64,000 bases of DNA from an uncultured Chloroflexia bacterium (GTDB taxonomy: Bacteria > Chloroflexota > Limnocylindria > QHBO01), in the NCBI GenBank assembly GCA_963847375.1, contig CAWJZO010000001.1:703986-767985 (forward strand), read 5' to 3'. Of this stretch, positions 9,755 to 19,604 are shown in pieces (within the stretch, counting starts at the first letter, position 1; each line of letters opens with the position of its first letter). The notes under the pieces were generated by a model. That model made no database searches and was not told the DNA's origin. It was given only the letters and a program-made list of their open reading frames with translations. The translations under genes were made by a program, and so were the position numbers.

Positions 9755-11200
9755 ATGACGCTCACCGCCACCCGCTCGCAGATGTTCATCGACGGCGACT
9801 GGGCCGATGCCGCCTCCGGCGAGACGGTGGCGGTGATCAACCCGGCCACCGAGGAGGAGATCGCCCGGGTCCCGAAGGGCGACGCATCCGACGTCGATCG
9901 CGCGGTTGCCGCGGCGCGCGCCGCCTTCGAGACTTGGTCGCAGTCGACGCCGCAGGATCGGTCCAAGGCGCTCTACGCCTTCGCCGATGCGATCGAGTCC
10001 GATGCCGAGACGCTGTCCGGCCTCGAGCAGGCCAACGTCGGCAAGCCGAAGGGCACGGCCGACTTCGACGTCGAATTCACTGTCGACAACGTCCGCTTCT
10101 TCGCCGGCGCCGCGCGGGTCGTCGAGGGCAAGGCCGCGGGTGAGTACGTCAACACCCACACCTCGATGATCCGGCGCGAGGCCGCCGGTGTGGTTGGGCA
10201 GGTGGCGCCCTGGAACTACCCGCTGATGATGGCGATCTGGAAGCTGTGCCCGGCGATCGCCGCCGGCTGCACCGTGGTGCTCAAGCCCGCCTCGATGACG
10301 CCGCTGTCGGCGCTGCGCATCGCCGAGCTGGCGGCCGACATCTTCCCAAAGGGCGTCCTGAACGTCGTGACCGGCCCGGGCGCGGTGGTCGGGGATCGGC
10401 TCATCCGCCACCCCGGCGTCGATATGGTCTCGCTGACCGGTGACACCGCCACCGGGAAGGAGATCGCGGCAGCCGCGGCGCAGACGGTGAAGCGCGTCCA
10501 CCTCGAGCTCGGCGGCAAGGCGCCGGTCCTTGTCTTCGACGACGCCGACATGGACGCCCTGGCCGAGACGATCAAGATGGCCGGCTACTTCAACTCCGGC
10601 CAGGACTGCACGGCTGCCACGCGGCTCATCGTGATGGGCGACGGCTACGATCGCGCCCTGTCGGCGCTGGTCACCGCCGTCGAGTCGATCAAGGTCGGCG
10701 ACCCCGCGTCCGACCCTGAGCTCGACATGGGACCGATGGTCAGCAAGGCCCACCAGGAGCGCGTCGCCGGCTTCGTCGACCGCGCCCGCGGCTACGGCGC
10801 CGAGATCGCCGCCGGCGGCGAGACGTTCGGCGACCGCGGCTACTTCTATCGGCCCTCGGTCGTGACCGGCGTTACGCAGGACGCCGAGATCGTCCAGTCC
10901 GAGGTCTTCGGCCCGGTCGTCACGGTCCAGCGCTTCGCCGACGAGGAGGAGGGAATCAGCTGGGCCAACGGCGTGCCCTACGGGCTGGCGGCATCGGTCT
11001 GGACGAAGGACGTGAAGCGCGCGTTGCGTGCGGCCAAGGCGCTGCGCTTCGGCACGGTCTGGATCAACGACCACCTCACGATCGTGTCCGAGATGCCCCA
11101 CGGCGGCTTCGGCCAGTCCGGCTACGGCAAGGACATGAGCAGCTACTCGATCGAGGACTACACGATCGTCAAGCACGTGATGGCGAAGATCGCCGACTGA
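9755..11200 (+). CDS. NAD(P)-dependent aldehyde dehydrogenase (aminobutyraldehyde / betaine-aldehyde DH-like)
   Basis: Motifs VLKPASMTP, ELGGKAP, FNSGQDCTAATR and EVFGPV. Start is ATG 9755 or GTG 9716. Confidence 0.85.
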   Translation: MTLTATRSQMFIDGDWADAASGETVAVINPATEEEIARVPKGDASDVDRAVAAARAAFETWSQSTPQDRSKALYAFADAIESDAETLSGLEQANVGKPKGTADFDVEFTVDNVRFFAGAARVVEGKAAGEYVNTHTSMIRREAAGVVGQVAPWNYPLMMAIWKLCPAIAAGCTVVLKPASMTPLSALRIAELAADIFPKGVLNVVTGPGAVVGDRLIRHPGVDMVSLTGDTATGKEIAAAAAQTVKRVHLELGGKAPVLVFDDADMDALAETIKMAGYFNSGQDCTAATRLIVMGDGYDRALSALVTAVESIKVGDPASDPELDMGPMVSKAHQERVAGFVDRARGYGAEIAAGGETFGDRGYFYRPSVVTGVTQDAEIVQSEVFGPVVTVQRFADEEEGISWANGVPYGLAASVWTKDVKRALRAAKALRFGTVWINDHLTIVSEMPHGGFGQSGYGKDMSSYSIEDYTIVKHVMAKIAD

Positions 11201-11222
11201 CTTCGTGGGCGAAGTTCCCGTC

Positions 11223-11399
11223 GGGCGGGTATATCGGCCACCGATCGGCCCGAAATTGCGCGGGACGGGAGCTCAGGCCAGGCAGTCGCCATCGGGCCTG
11301 GCTATTCGTGCCGCGGGGCGGGAAGTCGGGCACTGAGTGGCCGTTGTGCCCGTCCCACGGACGGCGATTGGGTGTGTCGATTCCTACCGTGAGAAGGGG
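11223..11399 (+). repeat. dispersed intergenic repeat, copy A
   Basis: Starts GGGCGGGTATATCGGCC, contains GCACTGAGTGGCCG, and ends CCGTGAGAAGGGG. Begins 22 nt after the aldehyde dehydrogenase stop. Confidence 0.5.
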
Positions 11400-11662
11400 C
11401 CCCGCCGCCTGCGCGGAGCCCTCAGGCAGCTGGGTGACAAAATCAGTCGCCCGCCTCTCTCCCCGGAGGCGAGCGACCGTGCGGCGACGCTACGACGCAG
11501 GTCCCAGTCAGCACAAGTACCCTCGAAGCGGCGCACATGCAGTCAGGTTTGGACCGGTGTGGTCCGAGTGGGTCATTCGTACCAGACAGCGTTGACCGGG
11601 CGCACCGGGGTCCCGACGGACCGATGCGGACGGGGCTGCCAAGGCCGCGCTCGGCGGCCTGC

Positions 11663-11668
11663 TACGAT
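11663..11668 (+). promoter_or_regulatory. -10-like TACGAT, 7 nt before the ATG (leaderless-type)
   Basis: TACGAT-cgccgcg-ATG. Confidence 0.35.
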
Positions 11669-11675
11669 CGCCGCG

Positions 11676-12128
11676 ATGAGCGAGACGCCCGCCCCGCAAG
11701 CTCCCGCGGCGCCCGATCCGCTGCCGGGGGGTCGCACCGAGCCGCTCGACCCGGCCGAGGCCGATCGTCTCTTCCGGCGCGGCATCGCGCTCTTCAATGG
11801 CGTGCGCTACTGGCATGCCCACGAGGCATGGGAGACGTTGTGGCGCGCCGCGCCGGACCAGGAGCGCGACTTCTACCAGGGCCTGATCCAGGTCGCCGCC
11901 GGACTGCTGCACCTCCAGCGTCGCAACATGCGCGGTGCGCGCAACAAGCTCACGGAAGGCCTCGAGAAGCTGCGCCCGTACGAGCCCGCTCACCAGGGCG
12001 TCTTCGTCAACGAGCTCATCGGTGAGGCCCGGCGGATCCTCGACGACCTGGAGGGCGGCTTCCTGCCGTACCTGATCCCGCCGATCATCCGCTTGACCGA
12101 CGCCGAGAGCCCCGACTTCAGCCGATGA
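11676..12128 (+). CDS. DUF309 domain protein
   Basis: …[22 protein letters not shown]…[19 protein letters not shown]…. Confidence 0.7.
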   Translation: MSETPAPQAPAAPDPLPGGRTEPLDPAEADRLFRRGIALFNGVRYWHAHEAWETLWRAAPDQERDFYQGLIQVAAGLLHLQRRNMRGARNKLTEGLEKLRPYEPAHQGVFVNELIGEARRILDDLEGGFLPYLIPPIIRLTDAESPDFSR

Positions 12129-13510
12129 GCGAGGAGCGCATCGAGCGCGACTCGATGGGAGAGGTGCGCGTGCCTGCCGACGCGAGGTGGGGAGCCCAGA
12201 CCCAGCGTGCCGTCGAGAACTTCCCGATCTCCGGGCTTCGGCTCGAGCGCGCGCAGATCGAGGCATTGGCCCGGATCAAGGCAGCGGTTGCATCGGTCAA
12301 GCGCGATCTCGGTCTGCAGGAGGCCGAGCTGGCCGACGCCATCGTCGCGGCCGCGGAGGAAGTCGCGCGCGGCGACCACGACGCGCAGTTCCCGATCGAC
12401 GTCTTCCAGACCGGCTCGGGCACCAGCAGCAACATGAACGTGAACGAGGTGCTCGCCAGCCTCGCCGGTGAGCGACTCGGTCGGCCGGTCCACCCGAACG
12501 ACGATGTCAACCACCCGATGTCGTCGAACGACCTCTTCCCGGCTTCCATCCATGTCGCCGCCACTGCCGGCGCGCTAGGAGACCTCGTGCCCTCGCTCGA
12601 GCACCTCGCGGCCGTCCTCCAGGCAAAGGCCGATGAGTTCGCCGACGTCGTGAAGGCCGGGCGCACACACCTCATGGACGCCACTCCGATCACCCTTGGG
12701 CAGGAGTTCGGCGGGTATGCCGCCCAGGTGCGGATGGGGGTCGAGCGGCTGCATGCCACCCTGCCGCGCGTCGCCGAGCTGCCGCTGGGCGGGACCGCCG
12801 TCGGGACGGGCATCAACGCACCGCCGGGGTTCGGCGGGCGGGTCATCGCCGAGGTCGCCGCGACTACCGGGCTGCCGCTGACCGAGGCCCGCGACCACTT
12901 CGAGGCGCAGGGTGCCCGCGACGCGCTCGTCGAGCTGTCGGGCCAGCTGCGCACGATCGCGGTCAGCCTCACGAAGGTCGCCAACGACCTGCGCTGGATG
13001 GGCTCCGGTCCGCGCGCCGGACTGGGCGAGATCAACCTTCCCGACCTCCAGCCGGGCAGCAGCATCATGCCGGGCAAGGTAAACCCGGTGATCCCCGAGG
13101 CAACCCTCATGGTGTGTGCGCAGGTCGTCGGCAACGACGCGGCGATCGCCTGGGCGGGCGCGTCGGGGAGCTTCGAGCTCAACGTCATGCTGCCGCTCAT
13201 CGGCCGCAACCTGCTCGAGTCGATCCGGCTGCTGTCATCGGTCACCCTTCTGCTCGCGGACCGATGCGTGAGCGGCATCACCGCCAACGTCGAGCGGCTG
13301 CGCGAGTACGCCGAGGGCTCCCCGGCCATCGTCACGCCATTGAACCGACACCTCGGCTACGAAGAGGCGGCGAGCATCGCGAAGCAGGCTCTCGCCGAGC
13401 GCCGATCGATCCGCGACGTGGTCGTCGAGCGCGGCCACGTGCGCGACGGGCGCCTCACCGAGGCGCAGCTCGACGAGGCACTCGACGTCACGCGCATGAC
13501 GCGTCCGTGA
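12125..13510 (+). CDS. fumC: class II fumarate hydratase
   Basis: [16 protein letters not shown] and [11 protein letters not shown] signatures. ATGA overlap with the upstream gene. Confidence 0.9.
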   Translation: MSEERIERDSMGEVRVPADARWGAQTQRAVENFPISGLRLERAQIEALARIKAAVASVKRDLGLQEAELADAIVAAAEEVARGDHDAQFPIDVFQTGSGTSSNMNVNEVLASLAGERLGRPVHPNDDVNHPMSSNDLFPASIHVAATAGALGDLVPSLEHLAAVLQAKADEFADVVKAGRTHLMDATPITLGQEFGGYAAQVRMGVERLHATLPRVAELPLGGTAVGTGINAPPGFGGRVIAEVAATTGLPLTEARDHFEAQGARDALVELSGQLRTIAVSLTKVANDLRWMGSGPRAGLGEINLPDLQPGSSIMPGKVNPVIPEATLMVCAQVVGNDAAIAWAGASGSFELNVMLPLIGRNLLESIRLLSSVTLLLADRCVSGITANVERLREYAEGSPAIVTPLNRHLGYEEAASIAKQALAERRSIRDVVVERGHVRDGRLTEAQLDEALDVTRMTRP

Positions 13511-13514
13511 CGAC

Positions 13515-14735
13515 CTAGCGAAGCGAGCGGACGGGCGGCAGGAACGCGTACCGGATCTCGGCGTGGCCATCCGCCGTCTCGCCCTCGGCGTAAAGCCAGA
13601 CGAGCAGGTCCCATGCAATGTGCGGGCGGAGCACATTCGCCCCCTCGGCGGCGGTGTAGCGCTCGATAACCCGCGGCCGGTTCTCGAGCAGATCGTAGAC
13701 GACGAACTGGAAGGAGTCCGCCGCCGACCAGGCCACGAAACGGCTTCCGGCCGATGGGGTATCGACGTAGTCGACCGGGGCGGTATCGAGCCGCCTCGGC
13801 CCCGGGCCGCCGAGGTCATGGCGCCACAGCAGGCCCCAGTTGAACATGCTGAAGCCGGGATCTGCCTCCTTCCAGATCACGGTGTTCTCGACGAGGATCG
13901 GCATCGTGGCGAGGTCCGAATGGTCGAGGCGCACGGGCTCCGCCTCGGGAGCTCCGAGGTCCAGGAGATAGACGTGTCGCTGGTCGGTAGAGCGATCGGG
14001 CGAGTAGACGACCTCGCTGAACGCGAGGCGTGCCCCGTGCAAGGACGGGAACCACAGCTCCCGCTCTGCCGCGCGTCGCTCGAGAAGCAGCACCGGTTCC
14101 CAGCCTGGAGCGCGCGCCAACAGCATCTGCGAGATGGGGCCGTCGGGGCCCATGTCGAACGCGGTCCAGACGATCGTCTGCTCCTGGACGCTGAAGCTCG
14201 GGACCAGGCTCGAGACCTCGTCGTTTCCGGGGTGGGTGTCGAGCAGGATGGCCTCCTCTTCGTGGCGTGGGATCAGCCACAGGTCCCATGCCCGCGAGCC
14301 GTCGAGCGGGATATCGACGAACGCGAACAGGCCGAGGTCCCCGGCGAGCTTCACGATCGAGTGGTCGCGGGCCGGGTTGCGCCACAGCAGCTCCGGCGGC
14401 TTGTCCGCCCCGGCCTCGACGCGCCACAGGTCCGGCGCGGCGTTCGATGCCGCGTCCTCGGCCAGGCCCGACGAGAACAGGATTGACCTGCCGTCGCTGG
14501 CGAACTCGAGGATCGTGTCGGTGAGCTCGGGATCGAGCCGCCCGACCTCGATCTCATCGGCGAGGCTCGGTGTGCCAGTCGGGGTCGGGCTCGCTTGCGT
14601 CGTGGGGCTGGGCACCTCAGACGGCGGCGGATGCGTCGGACTGGCCGGAGTCGGGGTGGCGAGCGCGCAGCCCACCACCCCGAAGACGCTCACCACGACC
14701 AGCAGAGCCGGCCAGCGTCCGGTGGTCCTCACCAC
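13515..14735 (-). CDS. lipoprotein with predicted beta-propeller (TolB-like) body
   Basis: GTG start overlaps the upstream stop (GTGA). Signal peptide plus lipobox VVGC, then a Pro/Thr linker, then repeated hydrophobic-strand/Trp-containing segments. Confidence 0.6.
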   Translation of the reverse strand: MVRTTGRWPALLVVVSVFGVVGCALATPTPASPTHPPPSEVPSPTTQASPTPTGTPSLADEIEVGRLDPELTDTILEFASDGRSILFSSGLAEDAASNAAPDLWRVEAGADKPPELLWRNPARDHSIVKLAGDLGLFAFVDIPLDGSRAWDLWLIPRHEEEAILLDTHPGNDEVSSLVPSFSVQEQTIVWTAFDMGPDGPISQMLLARAPGWEPVLLLERRAAERELWFPSLHGARLAFSEVVYSPDRSTDQRHVYLLDLGAPEAEPVRLDHSDLATMPILVENTVIWKEADPGFSMFNWGLLWRHDLGGPGPRRLDTAPVDYVDTPSAGSRFVAWSAADSFQFVVYDLLENRPRVIERYTAAEGANVLRPHIAWDLLVWLYAEGETADGHAEIRYAFLPPVRSLR

Positions 14736-15661
14736 ACGAATCGCCCGGTGTGGTCCACGATCATGCCGGCGACGTGCCGCATGGGATCCCAGAAGCGGCC
14801 GGTCGATCCGCCCTCGTCCTCCGAGGAATCGGTGTAGTAGATCTTGGCGAAGTTCGTCCCGTCGTAGAGGCCCTTCCAGCCGTATGCCGCGATCCAGTGG
14901 CCCGGCGAATTGACCGGATTCGGCCAACTGCTGAGATGGAAGCGGCCATCGCGCTCGTGCGGCAGGACGGGGATCGCCATGGCCATCCTGCTGCCAGAGA
15001 CGTTGGCGCGGACGTAGGCGTGGAGCTGATCGCCGAACTTCCCATCACCGTCGAGGTCCGTGAGATTGGTGACGACCCAGTCCCAGTCGGCCGGGCGACG
15101 GGGCGCGCGTGCGGTCGCGAGCTCGAGCCCGTCTTCCATCGTGTGGGCGCTGGTGCCGCCGTTCGCATCGGTCTGCATCCAGCCGGCGATCTTGGCCTGC
15201 GGGTACTTGTTGGCGTTGAGGGCGACCGCCCACGTGTAGTTGGCGATGACCTGGCCGACGGCCGGTCCGCAGTAGTGCCCGCGGGTCTGGTCCCGTGCCG
15301 ATATCGCCAGGAAGTCGGAGGGAACGTCGCAGTCGGCATTGGTCGCGGGATCGCTGATGGCGCCGAGGTCGTGACGCTTGGAGGTGGCATCGCTCCGCGG
15401 CGTGGCTTCCGGCGCGGCGCACTCGAGGGTCACACGGCCGAACGTCCTCGCCGCGGATGAAGCGAGGTATGCCATGGCGGCGGCGACCTTGCGGTCCGAC
15501 GCGGCCTGCTCCGCCGGCGTGAGCGGTAGCTCCCTGGTGGTGGGCGGGCGCTCGGCGGGCGGCGCCGGGCGCGTGGGCCTCGCGGCCGAAACCGGCACGA
15601 CGCCGGCGGTGAGGATCAGCACGGCACCGAGCATTGCCAGCGCGATCCGTCTCGAGAACAT
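14729..15661 (-). CDS. secreted papain-fold (C39-like) cysteine peptidase/amidase candidate
   Basis: ATG 15661 with AGGAGG 8 nt upstream. Signal peptide MFSRRIALAMLGAVLILTAGVVPVSAA. Putative Cys in GHYCGPAVGQ and His in SPGHWIAAYGW. Confidence 0.5.
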   Translation of the reverse strand: MFSRRIALAMLGAVLILTAGVVPVSAARPTRPAPPAERPPTTRELPLTPAEQAASDRKVAAAMAYLASSAARTFGRVTLECAAPEATPRSDATSKRHDLGAISDPATNADCDVPSDFLAISARDQTRGHYCGPAVGQVIANYTWAVALNANKYPQAKIAGWMQTDANGGTSAHTMEDGLELATARAPRRPADWDWVVTNLTDLDGDGKFGDQLHAYVRANVSGSRMAMAIPVLPHERDGRFHLSSWPNPVNSPGHWIAAYGWKGLYDGTNFAKIYYTDSSEDEGGSTGRFWDPMRHVAGMIVDHTGRFVW

Positions 15662-15939
15662 CGGGGCAGCCTCCTGTTCTTCGGAGGCGAGCCGGCGATC
15701 GGTTGTCGGGCGACCATCTTGACGGCCAGTATCTTTGCGGCCGCTTACCAACCGCTTACCGGCGTCCGCGGACGCAGCACGGACCGACGCCGGCCCGTTT
15801 CCGGACCGGCGTCGGCGTCGAGCCGTCATGACGGGGTGCCACTACTTCAGCCCCGTATTCGTTGGTTTACAGGAACCCGCCACGACGGTTCTTCAATTGT
15901 GGGCTGATCATGCCGAACCGATGCCGGCGTGCCCAAGGG

Positions 15940-16013
15940 GCGAATGTCCCGCCGCCTCCGGGAATCCGCACTGGCGCGCTCGATGCCGAACCTTTACGCT
16001 CGCTCCGCCCACT
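15940..16013 (-). repeat. dispersed intergenic repeat, copy E (partial, 5' module)
   Basis: Reverse complement reads GTGGGCGGAGCGAGCGTAAAGG…CAGTGCGGATTCCCGG. Its 5' end lies 28 nt upstream of the aldehyde dehydrogenase GTG. Confidence 0.4.
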
Positions 16014-16040
16014 GAACACCCCTCCGGAGAGTGATCCGTC

Positions 16041-17541
16041 GTGACGAAGACCTTCAACAACCTGATCGGCGCCGACTGGAAGCCTGCCGGATCGGGTGCC
16101 ACCTTCACCAGCGTGAGCCCGGCGAACCACGACGACGTGGTCGGCGAGTTTGCGGCGTCCGGCCCGGCCGACGTCGAGGCTGCCGTCGCGGCGGCCACGC
16201 GCCGCCTTTCCGGCCTGGAGCGCGATGCCGGCGCCAAAGCGTGGCGAGATCCTGTTCCGCATCGCGCGGCTCCTCGCCGAGCACAAAGAGGAGCTCAGCC
16301 GGCTCATGACGCGGGAGATGGGCAAGGTCCTGCCCGAGGCCCGCGGCGATGTACAGGAGGCGATCGACGTCGCCTACTACATGGCCGGCGAGGGACGGCG
16401 GCTGTTCGGCCAGACGGTGCCGTCGGAGATGCCCGACAAGTTCGCGATGGCCATCCGCAGGCCGATCGGCGTGGCCGGAATCATCACGCCGTGGAACTTC
16501 CCGGTCGCGATCCCGGCGTGGAAGCTGTTCCCGGCGCTGATCTGCGGAAACACCGCCGTCATCAAGCCCGCCTCCGACACGCCGGCGTGCCTCGTCCGCT
16601 TCGTCGAGCTCCTCCTCGAGGGCGGCCTCCCCGACGGCGTCGTCAACGTCGTCACCGGTTCGGGCGGAGAGGTCGGCAACACGCTCGTCGACCATCCCGA
16701 CGTGCGGGTCATCAGCTTCACCGGCCACACCGATACCGGGGTCGAGATCAGCACCCGAGCGGCGAAGACGCTGAAGCGGGTCAGCCTCGAGCTGGGCGGC
16801 AAGAACCCGATCGTGGTCTGGGAGGATGCAGACCTCGATCTCGCCCTCGACAGCGTCGTGTGGTCCGCCTTCGGCACCTCGGGCCAGCGCTGCACGGCGG
16901 CGTCGCGATTGGTGGTGCATCGGTCCATTCACGACGACTTCGTCCATCGGCTCCGGCAGCGGGTGGCGAAGCTGGTTCTCGGGGACGGTCTCGACGAACA
17001 GACCGATGTCGGCCCAGTGATCAACGAGACAGCGGTCGAACGGATTGCGAGCTATGCCGCCATCGGCCGCGACGAGGCGGACCTGGTCATCGGCGGCGAG
17101 CCCGCGCGCGAGGGCGACCTGGCAAAGGGCTCCTTCTTCGAGCCGACGATCTTCGCCGAGGTGAAGGCCGACGCGCGGATCGCGCAGGAGGAGATCTTCG
17201 GTCCGGTCACCTCCGTCATCCCGGTCGACTCCTGGGACGAGGCGGTGCGCGTGGTCAACGGCGTGAAGTACGGCCTGTCGAGCTCGCTGTTCACGAACGA
17301 CATCGGCCTCGCCTTTCGATCCATCCGCGACTTCGACACCGGCCTGGGATACGTGAACCACGGCACGATCGGCGCGGAGGCGCACCTTCCCTTCGGCGGC
17401 ACGAAGGCCACCGGCAACGGCCACCGCGAGGTCGGCCAGGCGGCGCTCGACTTCTTCAGCGAGTGGAAGAGCGTCTACATCGACTACTCCGGGAAGCTGC
17501 AGCGCGCGCAGATCGACATGACCTTCATCGACGAGGGCTGA
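16041..17541 (+). pseudogene. aldehyde dehydrogenase with an apparent 1-nt insertion at about 16197-16206
   Basis: The N-terminal 54 aa (MTKTFNNLIGADWKPAG…EAAVAAATR) are in the frame of ORF 16041. The remainder (AFPAWSAMPAPKRGEIL…VIKPASDTP…ELGGKNP…GQRCTAASR…EIFGPV) is in the frame of ORF 16150. Confidence 0.8.
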
Positions 17542-17564
17542 GGCGGCCGGGGGCCGATTCTCGT

Positions 17565-17714
17565 GGGGCGGGCGTAACGGCCACTCAATCGCCGAATTCC
17601 CGCCTCGCGGGCGTCCAAGCCAGCGCGAGCCGCGCCTGATTGGCCAGGGATGCCGTCCGGCGGCAGACTCGGCCGATCATTGGCTGTTAGTCCCACCCGG
17701 CGGGATTACGCCGC
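17565..17714 (+). repeat. dispersed intergenic repeat, copy B
   Basis: Starts GGGGCGGGCGTAACGGCCACTCAATCGCCGAATTCCCGC, 24 nt after the aldehyde dehydrogenase stop. Confidence 0.5.
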
Positions 17715-17763
17715 AGCTCCCACGCTTGTCACTCCATCGGTGCGGTGGCAGCATGCCCCCGCG

Positions 17764-18483
17764 ATGCAGCTTCCGGTCTTTCCGCTCCACACGGTGCTCT
17801 TCCCGCACCTGCCGCTCCCGCTGCACATCTTCGAGGAGCGCTACCGGGCGATGGCCACCGACCTGATGGTGGACGGGTCGCCGTATGCCGGCCGGTTCGT
17901 GGTGAGCATGATCACGGGGGGCTCCGAGGTCGGCGCAGACGCTGCCATCCACGACATCGGCACGATCTGCGAGGTACGCACCGCGGAACAATTCGCCGAT
18001 GGACGCTGGATGCTCGTTGGGGTCGGCGTGGCCCGCGCGCGAATCGCCCCCGTGGAGAGCGCGAGCATGGCGTACCGGCTCGTCGAGGTCACCGAGCTCG
18101 CTGATCCGACGGGTGACGGTGCGGTCGCGCTCATGCCACCTGCGCAGGAGGCGCTCGACGCCTACCTCGCGACGGTGAAACGTTTCGTGGTGCGAGCGGC
18201 GTCTGTTGGCCGCACCGAACCGCAGGAGCCTACCGACGTGGCCGCATCGCTCGATCGCATGCTCAAGCCAATCCAACTGCCGGACGACCCGGTCGCCGCG
18301 AGCTACGCGATCGGCGGTCTCCTCCAGATCGAGCTGTCACGCAAGCAGCACCTGCTCGAGATCCCCGACGCGGCCAGCCGCCTCCGTGCCGAGCTCCACC
18401 TCCTCCAGCGCGAGGCACGCCTCCTGGACGACGGCGCCATGCCCCCGGTGCAACCGTCGGACATCGGCTACCACCCCAACTGA
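17764..18483 (+). CDS. LON N-terminal (substrate-binding, PUA-like) domain protein
   Basis: MQLPVFPLHTVLFPHLPLPLHIFEERYRAM… is the typical Lon-N start. Confidence 0.75.
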   Translation: MQLPVFPLHTVLFPHLPLPLHIFEERYRAMATDLMVDGSPYAGRFVVSMITGGSEVGADAAIHDIGTICEVRTAEQFADGRWMLVGVGVARARIAPVESASMAYRLVEVTELADPTGDGAVALMPPAQEALDAYLATVKRFVVRAASVGRTEPQEPTDVAASLDRMLKPIQLPDDPVAASYAIGGLLQIELSRKQHLLEIPDAASRLRAELHLLQREARLLDDGAMPPVQPSDIGYHPN

Positions 18484-18488
18484 GAGCG

Positions 18489-19604
18489 ATGCGCCCCGCT
18501 CGTCTCCCGAGCGTCCTTGCGCTGCTGCTCGCCGTCTCTGCGTGCGCGAGCCCGGCCGCCACCCCTGGATCGACGCCGACGATCGGCCTCCCCGGCGGCG
18601 GGACGTTATCGCCGGCCCCGTCAGGGCCCGCCGACCCGAGCGTCGCTCCGTCGTCGAACCCCGACCCGTCGCCCTCGCCGGTGGACGGCACGACGTACAC
18701 GGTGGCGCCCGGCGACTCGCTGTCGGGGATCGCCCGTGCCTACGGCACCACGACCGCGCAGCTCCAGGCCTGGAACGGCGAGGCGTATCCGTCGCTCGTG
18801 ACGAACCCGGGCGCGATCGAGCCCGGCTGGGTCCTGATCGTGAGTGGCGATCCGGGCGTCACGCCGCTGCCGACCCCGACGACACGGCCGCCAACGCGCT
18901 CAGGCTGCGCGGCCAACAACCGGGTCGCGGGCGGATCGGCGCAGACCTTCAGGACGATCCCCGGGGCGGGCGCGGGAGTCGCGCTCACCTTCGACATGGG
19001 CGGACGCATGGACCCGGCTGTCGACATCATGAACTTCCTCGTCGAGCAGGAGGTGTGCGCCACGATCTTCGCGACGGGCGTCATGAGCCAGACCGACAAG
19101 GGCCAACAGGTGATGGCCATCATCAGGGGCAACCCGCAACTGTTCGAGATCGCCAACCACACGATGTACCACTGCGACCTCGCCCGTGGCGGCGGCGGCT
19201 CACCCACGACCGCGCCGTGCGTCGGGTCATTCGACGCCAACCGCATCCGCAAGGAGATGACCGATGCCGAGGCGATCCTGCGAGACGGCACCGGCCAGAG
19301 TCCGGTGCCGTACTGGCGCCCACCGTATGGATCGGTCAACCAGGCGGTCATCGACGCGGCCGCCTTGGCCGGCTACACGAAGACATTCCTGTGGGACATC
19401 GACACCGTCGACTGGAAGCCGATCAGCCAGGGCGGGCCGACCGCCGCGCAGATCGCGGCCAAGGTCGTCGGCAACTCGGTCAACGGATCGAACGTGCTGT
19501 TCCACCTGGGCGGCTACGAGACCCTCGCCGCACTCCGGCTCATCGTGCCTGGCCTGCGTGACCGTGGCTTCACGCTCACCAGCCTCTCCGACCTGCTGAA
19601 CTAG
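18489..19604 (+). CDS. lipoprotein with LysM domain and NodB-type polysaccharide deacetylase (CE4) domain
   Basis: Lipobox VSAC. LysM segment YTVAPGDSLSGIARAYGTTTAQLQAWN. CE4 motifs TFDMGG, NHTMYH and RPPYG. Confidence 0.8.
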   Translation: MRPARLPSVLALLLAVSACASPAATPGSTPTIGLPGGGTLSPAPSGPADPSVAPSSNPDPSPSPVDGTTYTVAPGDSLSGIARAYGTTTAQLQAWNGEAYPSLVTNPGAIEPGWVLIVSGDPGVTPLPTPTTRPPTRSGCAANNRVAGGSAQTFRTIPGAGAGVALTFDMGGRMDPAVDIMNFLVEQEVCATIFATGVMSQTDKGQQVMAIIRGNPQLFEIANHTMYHCDLARGGGGSPTTAPCVGSFDANRIRKEMTDAEAILRDGTGQSPVPYWRPPYGSVNQAVIDAAALAGYTKTFLWDIDTVDWKPISQGGPTAAQIAAKVVGNSVNGSNVLFHLGGYETLAALRLIVPGLRDRGFTLTSLSDLLN

